A stretch of DNA of 48,253 bases from Spongospora subterranea f. sp. subterranea. Its lineage: Eukaryota. Below the pieces are notes generated by a model. The model was not told where the DNA came from. It did no database searches and saw nothing but the letters and a program-made list of their open reading frames with translations. Location of the stretch: the NCBI GenBank assembly GCA_049724395.1, contig JAUGWO010000006.1:1-48253 (forward strand), read 5' to 3'. Shown here piece after piece: positions 38,257 to 48,253 of the stretch (positions are counted from its first letter, which is position 1; the number at the start of each line of letters is the position of its first letter). The position numbers and the translations under genes were made by a program.

Positions 38257-38858
38257 TACTACCAGGTTTCCCTACTTCCGCCTGGCCGCTACAAGTAGCT
38301 TGGGTAGCCAATCAAGGAACCTATTAGACCAGCTGGATTCAGCAACATAACCTGTCCTACGACCATACCGAATGGGACCTGCCCCCACCCGATTACATTG
38401 CCTATCCAGATTTTCGAGTTTACTGCAAGCAGCTCACTCTTTACATTCATTATGGCCATGTGGTCAGACCCAGTAAAGATTAGACATATCTAGATAAAGC
38501 AGCCTCTGCTTTTTCAGCTTTTCGCAAATTTTTCGTCATGGCCTTCTCATGGCTCCAGATTGCTGTGGTGAAAGTAGTGTGCCCGGTAGTGTCTTGTAAA
38601 GTCGTCTGCATTTCTTGAGTCGGTTTTTGAATCCTTCGCATTGTAACACCTAATGTTCGATTGTTTCGTGATGTTGTCGCAGTGTCTGCACTTGTTCGTG
38701 TCTTCCATTCCAATGTTGCTGAGGTGCTGTCTGCATCTGCTATGTCCAGTTCGCGCTCTGTTGATTAGCATGTGTGGTATGATTCACCTGGTAATTTGCG
38801 AAACAGGTCTCTATCCGGGTAGTTTTGGAAGTGGCTGCGTTTGACATTCGCCTTCAAA
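38257..38858 (-). mobile_element. LINE 3' fragment (CCHC C-terminus and 3' UTR), same family as 13230..16199
   Basis: RARTGHSRCRQHLSNIGMEDTNKCRHC; near-identical to about 15540..16142. Confidence 0.93.
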
Positions 38859-38860
38859 TA

Positions 38861-39445
38861 CTCCCTCCGTTCGGAAATAAGAGTCCTACGTACATTTATT
38901 TTCTGTTCGGAAATAAGAGTCCCATTTTATGATTCTTCCAGGTCAACCTTTTAGTTGCTTGATTTAGTATGGCAACATCGCACAATAACGAGTCCGGCCT
39001 TTTCTCAAAAGAGTTGCCTTTCCCATATGTGGGAGCTTGTATTGGTTTCCTCCATTGATTTTTAAATTTCTACCATGCATGGCTGAAATGTCAAAAACGT
39101 ACTTTAGCGTATCACGATCAATTTCGTCAGCCCGAAAAAATTCCAAATCTAAAACGTTCAAGTATGGACTATTTGCTGGCTGGAACGTTAATTTGATTTT
39201 AAATCCTTCTTTTCCCGCGTCCACGTTAAATGCTAAGTAAAATTCGCTTGTTTGTTTCTGTCATGAAAAACCACTTCTCGTCAATGTGTGTCACATTCAT
39301 CATGTCATGGAAGACTGGTTCTGCGGCTTCATATATGTTCACCATCGAGATACAGAATCTGAGTCTTTCAAGCTGATTTGCTTCAGTTAAATATGGTTTC
39401 AAAGCGTTCGAATGAGACTCGGGATATCGAGCCAATAAGAGATGC
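38861..39445 (-). mobile_element. Mariner-like element of the plant/oomycete CTCCCTCC-TIR type, 3' remnant with internal deletions
   Basis: TA-CTCCCTCCGTTC end; LKPYLTEANQLERLRFC, HIDEKWFFMT, QPANSPYLNVLDL, GGNQYKLPHMGK. Confidence 0.9.
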
Positions 39446-39996
39446 TGCATTGCGCTCCGCTATGTAGGTAAATAGGGAGTGTTGCACCTTGGTCTGCTTT
39501 CTGAGATCAACTGGCGTCACTACACTCACTGACACGTGGTTGAGAGTGCCCCTCATTGTATTAGAGTCGCCAGCCTCGTCCACGCCCGTCTGAATGAGCA
39601 TGGCTTGTGCAACTCCGGTACAAGCACAGTAGCTGATGGAGCCCCTACCCCCGATGAGTCTAGTCAGTACGTTACGAAACCTGTGCGCGTGTCTGCTGCG
39701 CGAGACCGTCAACGTCTCTATCCTCTCCCACGCGTAAATCACAGCATCCGCCTGGACTCGTGTATTGATGTGGTTGAACGAGTACATAGCGATGCCAGGA
39801 TGAGGGGTATCAACACGTCGGGACCAGTGAGCTCAGAGGGAATGGCTCTGCTCCATATCTTTCGTAGCATCCTCACATACGTAGGTGCGGTCCAGATCGG
39901 CAGCTCTAGCACAGATAGATCGATCTCGAAACTAGCTGAGTCCACCGCCAACGCGTGGAGGGCCGCGTGGGTCTTGGCAATACGATCAGCCATCAT
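39445..39996 (-). pseudogene. Unknown protein, frameshifted near 39788 and truncated; divergent partner of the TFIIS-like ORF
   Basis: ORFs 39739..39996 and 39383..39787 overlap in adjacent frames; no recognisable motif. Confidence 0.4.
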
Positions 39997-40026
39997 TTGC
40001 TAACCAGCACAGCTGTGGCGATAAAT

Positions 40027-40665
40027 ATGGAGGTTTGTGCATATTGTGAGAAGAGCCTCGTGACGGTAGAGTACCAGCGCAGAGCTGCAGATGAGGGTCA
40101 CGATGTGGTTGCGCTCTGCCCGCACTGCATCCTGGACATGGGTCGGGCAGTACAGGCTGACAGTCGATTCGGTCCAGACCCGCACTCGTCCCACAGATTA
40201 CAGAGCGGCAGAGTAACCGAGCGTGCAGATCCAGTCACCGCCAATGCCTTCCTAACGGCGCGAACCGAGAGTCTACCCAAGCTAGGGCCCGTATCCATGA
40301 CTGCACTAAACGCCACAAGCGCCTACACCGGGTATGAGCTCTCACACGGGAGAAGTAGTCCAACAGTAGAGCGTCTGTTCCTATATTACGCCCTGAAGGG
40401 TAACGTTTGCAGGGTTCTGAACATCACAACTACCTGCTCGGTTGAGCTTGATGGCGTGATGGTTCCCGCATTGGTGAGGTGTAGGTACGCCGTGGAGGAT
40501 GGGGAGCTAAGACAGCTCGAGGCTGTGACCAAAGTTATCCTCGTCAAGACCAGAGTAGCACCGGGAATCACCTTCAAGAAGTCACTCGAGTGGATCGGAA
40601 CGCGCCCTGTACACACAGATGGACGCGATATATACGCGGAGGAGACTTGTGTAGTGACCATCCCA
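40027..40665 (+). CDS. Protein with an N-terminal TFIIS/RPB9-type zinc ribbon, truncated by a SINE; possibly viral
   Basis: MEVCAYC-EKSLVTVEY-QRRAADEG-HDVVAL-CPHC matches CxxC..Q.R.ADE..CxxC; open for about 210 codons, intronless. Confidence 0.65.
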
Positions 40666-41097
40666 AGCTTGGTTCTGGTCTGTTCCGGTTGGTGTCAGGT
40701 TAGGACCAAGTCAGTGTGAGACTTGAGTTCGAAAACCCCGTGGGCAGGGATTTTCGGGAATACCCTAAGGTTGTCCAGCTAACACGGAAGTAGAGCGCAG
40801 GACCTCTTGAAAAATAGACAGCTGATTTGTAATGATACGACTTGGGTTCAAGGCATTGTGGTGTTCCGTACAGGGAATTTCCCCGTGTCCAATTAATGGT
40901 TAGGGGGTTTTAGTGAGTCGGGTCATGGGATCAACCTCACACTATCACAATGTCGGTCAGACTGCAGAACATTCAGCGAAGGTAATATTGTCTGGCGAAT
41001 GAGCTTTGACACCAAGTTCGTCTTGGCCCTCTTGTAGATATGGGTACTACAAAGCTGGCACCAAAATGCCGAACACAATCACAAAAAAATAAAAAAA
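40666..41097 (+). mobile_element. SINE type B (same tRNA-like head as type A, unrelated body, A-rich tail)
   Basis: gcttggttc..ggttggtg.cagg..gagttcgaaaaccccgtg head; ends caaaaaaataaaaaaa; TSD tagtgaccat at 40652..40661 and 41098..41107. Confidence 0.85.
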
Positions 41098-41396
41098 TAG
41101 TGACCATTGTATCAATTATGTATTCACATGACTAACGAATGCACATATTCCCTGCAGAAGGCAATAACTAAGAAGACGGCGTGACCACCAGTAAGACGGC
41201 AGGACCATGACTGAAGCAAAGGCCGCGTCACTGGAAGAGATGCGTCACGGACTGCGGAACCTGCGAGAGAGGTCTGCCGGAGGAGAAGGAAGAAGAATAC
41301 AGAATTGATGGATTGACAAAAGCGATAGAAGTCTGAACTCAACTTACACGGCAAGTTGGCACAAAGAATTTTTTAGCAGCAGTAACAGTTCAACAA

Positions 41397-44300
41397 ATGA
41401 TGCAAAGTAAGGAAGCCGTCATCATGCTAGAAGAGGAGACTCTGTCCGAGCAAACAATTGGGAGAGAAGAAGCCCCCAAGAAAATGCCCACGGTAACGTT
41501 TGAAGTAAATAAGGCGCCCAGGCTTGAAGGTTTCGATCGAGAAGAGATCCTGAATTTTATGACGAAATATAAGGTCTATGTGGGCGTATTTAGAAGCCGG
41601 CGCCGATGGCATGGAACCCCGTCCGTTGAAGTCGATGATTAAGCCGAGCTTGTTGAAACTCATGAAGATGTACTCACAGACAAGGACCTATACGACTGGC
41701 TGAAGGACCAGTTGGAGAAGGACAAAGACGGAGCCGACATGTCCAAAGAAATGAAGAAGCTGGCCATGAAGACAGAAGGAACACCGTTAGGGAGAGTCAT
41801 GTCATTAACGGGTGACTTCATGGAGATCGTGATAAATGTCATTAACGGGGATGGAGAGAACTCGTTTGAAGGCAAGGAAGGCCAGAAGCTCGAAGTCAAG
41901 TTTCTGCTGGAAGCGGTGCGACCCTTTAAGCGCAGGGAGAAAATGAAGAAACTCATGAGCACCGAGAAGGCGGGCTTGCACAGAAGTCCAGACTTATTCT
42001 TAGCATTGCTAAAGGAGAAGGTCAGAAGTCATCAGGAGTGGGAGGACTCGGAGGAGCGCCCCTCTAAGAAGCAACGGTCTGAGCCCAACCCTAAGAAGCA
42101 TGGGACGGATACTCGGAACCGTTTAGAGCCGCGAGAAGCGCGAGCTCCGCATAGCAATCGTCCACAAATCAACCCGAAGAAGGGAAAGGGTTTGATTTGC
42201 TACAACTGTGGAAAAGCTGGACATCCAGTCTATGCTTGCCCAGGTAACCTGAGTAAGGAGAAGGTTGCTCAGATACTGGAAGAGAAGAAGCTCCAGAAGA
42301 ATAAACAGAAGCATAAGGTTGATTATCTTTTGAAAAACAACCAACATAAGCAGAAGGCTGATTACCTCTTGGTTTATCGGCTAGTCAGAAACGACTCAGA
42401 TAACAATCGTATTCTAGCTAAAGTTAATGAAGGAAGATTCGTGCCTGCTATATTGGATAGTGGTGCAACGGATGTTAGCTTATTACCAAGAAGTATTGCT
42501 AATGAAGCTATCAGAAGTAGTAATCTAGAAGTAGAAGTGTTGGACCCACCAGTAAAGCTGATACTTGGTGACAACGTAACCGAAATCGAATCCACGGAAG
42601 CCATCACTGTGGTCATCAGATTAAGAACAAAGGTTGGCGAGCTGATCACTCGTAAACACCGATATCTTATCTGGGATGTACCAAGCGATGAGATTATCTT
42701 AGGAGGAGATTTATTGAAGCAGTTGGGTATTGATCCAGAAACAGCGTTGGAAACGCTAATAGAAGAGGGTACTCTTCTATTAGCGTTTCCAACGCTGTTT
42801 CTTAGGCCTAACCCAATCAATACAGCAATGATATCAATAGAAGCCCGATCAGAAGTGGAAGAAATACAAATTAACACAGAAGATAATGAAGAAAAGCGCA
42901 ATCCACGTGATTCGCACTTTACAGAAGATGACGTCCAAATCGGGGACGTTATAACAAAAGAAATAGAAAGCAGCCTAGAAGACTTAGTGAAACAAGCTGC
43001 GACAAATGGCTTGCCAAAACAGTGGCAAGGCAAACTGAGATACTTAGTAAACAAGTATGGCTCAGTCTGGCGAAAGAGTCTGGGTCCGGACTCGCCAGCA
43101 GAAGTGACACCGTTCAAAACTCAACTGAAGCCAAATGCATTTCCGTTCAAATGCAAGGCTAGAAGATACAGCACAGAAGATAGCGAATTCTTGAAGAAGT
43201 TCGTTGATGAGCTAATGAAGTATGGTCTAGTTGAAGAGAATTACAATTCTGAATGGGCATCACCAGTATTGGTGGTGAAGAAGAAGGATGGAGGCCAGAG
43301 AATGACAGTAGATCTTCGTGGAGTAAATGCACTCTGCGAAAGTACTGTCTGGCCTATGCCGTTCATGGAAGCAATAGTCAAACATCTGGCTGGATCAAAG
43401 TTCTGGTTCAAACTGGATGCTTTCAAAGGGTTCTGGATGATGCCTCTTGCAGAAGAATGCAGAGAGATGTTTTCATTCATGACCAATAGAGCGGTATACA
43501 CCCCGCTAAGATCTATTCAGGGCGCGCTAAATTCAGCAACCCAATTTCAGGCAAGAATGTCTGAAGTATTTAAAGATTTGATCTTTCAGAAGTTGATTAT
43601 CTGGATTGATGATCTGTTAGGATATTGCAAAACCTATGAAGATTGGTATTGCAGTCTTGAAAAAACCCTAAGGATCGCGAATAGATACACCATTAAGTTT
43701 AACGTATCTAAATGTGATTTATTCACAAACAGGATTAAGTTTTGCGGAAGGCTTTTCTCAACAGAAGGAGTAGAGCACGATCCATCACGAATTGAGGCGC
43801 TGATTGGTATTACGCAACCGAAGAGTGCCAGGGATTTACAACAATTTCTAATGGCCGCTCAATGGATTAGCAGATCAATCCCAGAATATAATACGCTTGT
43901 TCACAAACTCCAAGAAGTGTTTGAAGAATCCATGAAAAACATGCCAAGCAGAAAGAAGAGCATCGCTAGGCAAGTTAGACTAGTGAAGTATGGGTGCAAC
44001 GCAACGCATGCGCTAGCTTTTGGGAAGTTGAAACTAGCCATAGCACATTGCGTAAAGCTCGGATATCCACGTGATGATCGAATTCAGTGCATGTTCACTG
44101 ATGCCAATGAATATAACTCATCTGGCATGGTCACACAGATTCCAATAGAAGACGCGGAACAGCCTGTCGAACTGCAGAGACACGAGCCTCTCGGTTTTGT
44201 GGGACACAGGTTCAACGCAACGGAGTTGAACTGGACAGTAGCAGAAAAAGAAGGCTACGCAATTAAAGATACCATCACGAAGTTGGATTATCTTTTGCAA

Positions 44301-46237
44301 ATGAAGCGACCATTCAAACTATTTTCAGACCATAAGAATCTGGTTCAAATATTTTCACCAAAAGATGTGTCCAAACCCACTGCACACAAACTGCAGCGAT
44401 GGGCGTTGGAATTGCAGAGATTTCAATATGAAATCGAGCATATTAGTGGTGAAAGCAATGTTTGGGCAGATTTGATGACCAGATGGGGGGCTCCACCTCC
44501 AGTCGAACACCAGCTCGCGAAGACTCACAAAAGCTATGATCAGTGAAGAGATGAGAGTAAGGCCACTGCAGAGAGCAGAATTTAAATGGCCTGACACATC
44601 GGAAATCAAAACAGCACAGAAGAAATGGTTAAAAGAAGAAATGTTCGTTGAGAACCAACAATCAGAAGGATTGATAGTAACGAAGACTGGAAAAATCATT
44701 ATACCTGAAGAAAGTGATGATTTGAAGATTAGGTTATGTGTGATTGCACATAGCGGAGGCAACAGTGGTCACCTTGGATACCAGGCAGCGACTCGGAAGA
44801 TAGCTGAGTACTGCTGGTGGAAAGGATGCGAGCGCGATATGCTACAATTTTGTAGTACGTGTCTGCATTGCTTGCCGACGAGAGGCGGAATGAGAATTCC
44901 GAGACCATTGGGAGAAGCAGTCCATGGAACAAAACGCAATGAAGTGCTCCACATGGACTGGATATATATCATGCCTGCGCCACGGAAGGGATTGCATGAT
45001 TTCCAGTGGAACCTGATCCTGAGAGAAGCTCTCACGGGCATGATAAAGATAACACCGGCACAAACGCCGAACACTGCAGTAACGATTGAAGCGCTACTGG
45101 AGTGGAGAGCAATTTTTGGAACACCGGAAATTATAGTAACAGACATGGCATCATATTTCATGTCCGATGTGATGAAGGAATATTCGAGAAGATGCAATAT
45201 TCGACGTCGTTTGACAGTGGCGTATGGTCATTACAACAATGGCTCGATTGAAGTGATCAATAAGAATTACCTCCTATTGATTCGAGCATTGCTGTCTGAA
45301 CTGAGATGGGATAAGGACATGTGGCCATATCTCAATCACAATATCGAGCATACTATCAATCATAGGGAACAGACTAGGCTCAACGGGCATGCACCCATTA
45401 CAGTGATGAGTGGGATGAATGCGGACAACCCTTTGTCGGAAGTTTTCTGGTGCCCTGGAAGAAATGAGTTTGCAGTAAGCCCACTTGGAAAAGAGAAGAT
45501 CCAGAACAGTGTGGAACAGTTGCAAAGTTCACTTGAAGAAATGCACAGAAATGTGTGTGACACATCTGCTAAATTGCGTGCTAAGAAGAGAGCGCAAAAC
45601 TCTGGACAATTTTCGAAAGTCTAATAGGTTCCTTCAGTGGATACCCAAGCTACTTGTAGCGGCCAGGCGGAAGTAGGGAAAGCCTGGTAGTACACAGGCT
45701 TACTCAACCCATAAGAACCCGCGATCCTTTGTATACCATACCATGACACAAGAGAAATGCACAAATTTCCATTTGGGTGACTATGTGCTAATTGGTTTGC
45801 CGGAGCCGAATACGGCGGGCAAGAAGCTCTTTTTGAAATGGAGAGGCCCTTACCGTATCACAGACTCGCAAAGTAACTATGTTTTTGAAGTTGAAAATAT
45901 AGTGACTGGCAAGAAACAAACTGTCCATGGGGATAGAGTGCGATACTATGATGATAGTAAGCTGAATATCTCAGAGGATATCAAAGCCCAGTTCTCCCAT
46001 GATAATTTTTCTTTTGAAGTGAAGGAATTCAAAGGTTGCAGATTTGACCCACAATCTGGGCAAATTCAGCTGCTGGTTGAATGGAAAGGATTTACTGAAG
46101 CAGATAATTCCTGGGAAAATCTGGAACATCTCAACACTGACGTACCAGGGCTAGTAGCAAATTATGCCAAGAAGTTAATTTCAGAAGACCATGTTCTGAA
46201 AGAAGATGTTATTGTGTTTATTACAAAGAAGAGTTGA
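41397..46237 (+). pseudogene. Gypsy gag-pol (frameshifts near 41600 and 44530, tail insertion at 45619)
   Basis: CYNCGKAGHPVYAC; LDSGA; WASPVLVV, LDAFKGFW, WIDD; FTDA, EKEGYA, SDHKNL; HSGG..H..CLHC, HMDW, TDMASYF, GSIE; WRGPY; FEVKEF..LVEWKGF..SWE. Confidence 0.95.
45619..45742 (+). mobile_element. Short 5'-truncated LINE/SINE tail inserted in the gypsy integrase
   Basis: gtctaataggttccttc..ctttgtataccatacc; no clear TSD. Confidence 0.88.
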
Positions 46238-46617
46238 TTGTTGGGAGTCATGCTTTTTCCCACTGGGTTTTTTAATGCGATATTCCGAAGTCAACTATCA
46301 GAAGGTACAACTTTTGTACAGAAGCGGTTACAACAGAAGTCAAATTTTTGAAGGAGGGGAATGTATCAATTATGTATTCACATGACTAACGAATGCACAT
46401 ATTCCCTGCAGAAGGCAATAACTAAGAAGACGGCGTGACCACCAGTAAGACGGCAGGACCATGACTGAAGCAAAGGCCGCGTCACTGGAAGAGATGCGTC
46501 ACGGACTGCGGAACCTGCGAGAGAGGTCTGCCGGAAGAGAAGGAAGAAGAATACAGAATTGATTGATTGACAAAAGCGATAGAAGTCTGAACTCAACTTA
46601 CACGGCAAGTTGGCACA

Positions 46618-48253
46618 CTTTCTGGATTTCCATATAACGGGATTGCCTCCCACTTGGATCAGTAGACCTGTGGTTGATCGCCGATCAAGAGTATCCATCG
46701 CGTAATTGCTGTCGGCCCATCCTGTGATATCAGTTGAGCTCCCCTTGAACACCAAGCCGTCATTCGGGGTCGTGTTCAGGTATTTGAGAATCCTTTGCGC
46801 CGCTTTCCATAGTGCTTTGGTTGGTTTCGACACATGCCTGCTGATATTGTTAACTGCAAAGGTATGGTATGGTATGGTATACAAAGGATCGCGGGTTCTT
46901 ATGGGTTGAGTAAGCCTGTGTACTACCAGGCTTTCCCTACTTCCGCCTGGCCGCTACAAGTAGCTTGGGTATCCAATGAAGGAACCTATTAGACCAGCTG
47001 GATTCAGCAACATAATCTGCTGTCCTAACGACCACACCAAATGGGCCCTGCCCCCCACCTGATTACATTGCCTATCCAGAGTTTCCGAGTTTACTGCAGC
47101 AGCCCGCTCTCCCACATTCATTAGAGGCCACGTGGTCAGACCTTCGTGCTCAACATTCACTCTACTTTTCCGTATTGGATGCAACCTTGGGGTCTCCCAA
47201 AATTCCATCACTCACGGGGTTTCGAACTCATGACCAACACTCACCCGGACATGCCTGCCACCAACAGGGACAGACAGGAACCAAGCTGTTAACTGCAAAT
47301 GCAATATCAGGACGTGTCCCGTAAGCGATGTAGGATAAACTTCCAATGATTTCGCGAATGGGATACTTATCAGTAATCTCCTCGTCCTCGTTTGGATCAT
47401 AAATAGTTGTCATTGGTGTGGTGACTGGTTTGCAGTTTTCCTGCTTGAAACGCTGGATGACCTCTCTTATGTATTTTTCTTGCGATAGTCGGATCGTGCC
47501 ATCTAAACAACGGATCTTCATACCGAGAAATGTATCGGCTTCCCCTAGGTCTTTCATCTTGAATGATGACCGTAGTACTGCTGAAATCTTCGTAATTTCA
47601 GTGTCGTCGTCGCCTGTGATTAGTAGATCATCGACATAGATACCTATGATTGTCAATTGATTCTCCCGGGATTTGTACCAAATGCATGGTTCCTTGGTTG
47701 ATTGCGCGAATTGACTTTCCCTTAACTTGCCAAACAGGGTCGTTTGCCATTCGCGACCGGCCTGCTTCAGACCGTATAAGGCTTTCTCTAGTAGACATAC
47801 TTTATGTTCCTCGCCCTGCTTGAGGAATCCGTCCGGTTGGTATATGAAGATAGGATTAGTTAGAGATGCATTTAGATATGCAGTTGTGAAATTCTTCTGA
47901 TAAATCTTCCAGTGGTTGGTGGCGGCAATTGATAAAATCGTTCGAAGCGATGTCTGCGCCAATACAGATGAAAAAGTTTCATGGTCGTCGATTCCTTCTC
48001 TCTGTGCGAATCCTTTTGCCACAAATCGTGCCTTGAATCGTACCTTGCCATCAGGGTGTGTTTTCGTCGTGAATACCCATTTGCCTTTGATCGGCTTGAT
48101 GTGTGCAGGTTTATCTACGAGTGTCCACGTGTGATTGCGATGGTGTGCATCAATTTCTTCTTGAGCAGCTTGTCGACATTTCGTTGCTTCCGGTGACTCC
48201 ATCGCCTCTGCAAATGTGGTTGGTAGTCGAACTGCACGGTTAATTTCATAGAC
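46618..48253 (-). mobile_element. Third copia element: RT and start of RNase H, split by a SINE and cut off at the gypsy LTR
   Basis: KWVF..KARFVAKGFAQ, LYGLKQAG, YVDD, TRPDIAFAVN|NISRH..WADSNYA..RSTTG..WKSRK. Confidence 0.95.
46861..47286 (-). mobile_element. Full-length SINE type A (426 bp)
   Basis: Perfect 13-bp TSD tgttaactgcaaa (46848..46860, 47287..47299); box-B-like GAGTTCGAAACCC (47217..47229); ~280-bp LINE-derived 3' end with (TACCA)n. Confidence 0.95.

Larger units (their letters stand above)
41108..46617 (+). mobile_element. Near full-length Ty3/gypsy element with chromodomain
   Basis: 256-bp TG..CA LTRs at 41108..41363 and 46362..46617 with 2 mismatches; PPT gaaggaggggaa 46350..46361; no matching TSD. 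Confidence 0.97.

Noticed and set aside
42374..43117. 247-aa antisense ORF in the gypsy (and similar antisense ORFs over other TEs)
   Set aside because: Shadow of the sense pol frame; no independent domain evidence
44510..44550. Programmed frameshift between RNase H and integrase
   Set aside because: Not a known recoding position for gypsy elements and no slippery heptamer; the element has other disabling lesions
47200..47286. tRNA genes at the SINE heads
   Set aside because: T-arm and box B present, but no proper acceptor or anticodon stems; embedded in TSD-flanked SINEs

Overview
This is eukaryotic, transposon-saturated DNA; most of it is nested mobile-element sequence. It holds three Ty1/copia pieces and at least six Ty3/gypsy elements or remnants, one nearly full length with 256-bp LTRs. 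It also holds an RNase H-bearing LINE with a (TACCA)n tail, two tRNA-headed SINE types, and DNA transposons: three Tc1/mariner-like elements with CAGT TIRs (the two transposase-coding ones have a very long D-to-E spacer), a CTCCCTCC-type mariner, a hAT, a PIF/Harbinger and a piggyBac/IS4-like element. Two cellular-type genes are supported: an MTG1/RbgA-type GTPase and an intron-containing chromodomain + 34-aa-repeat + CCCH-finger gene. The most unusual items are (i) a compact 1.2-kb intronless island with a TFIIS-type zinc-ribbon ORF that looks viral, (ii) a piggyBac/IS4-like transposase apparently fused to a YqaJ-like motif and a SAP domain, (iii) 21 tandem stem-loops in a copia 5' leader that lacks a canonical PBS, (iv) the chromodomain-CCCH gene, (v) one SINE head carrying two different tails, and (vi) elements whose two flanks come from different loci. 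All family calls come from motifs read by eye; no database searches were run and the organism is not identified.
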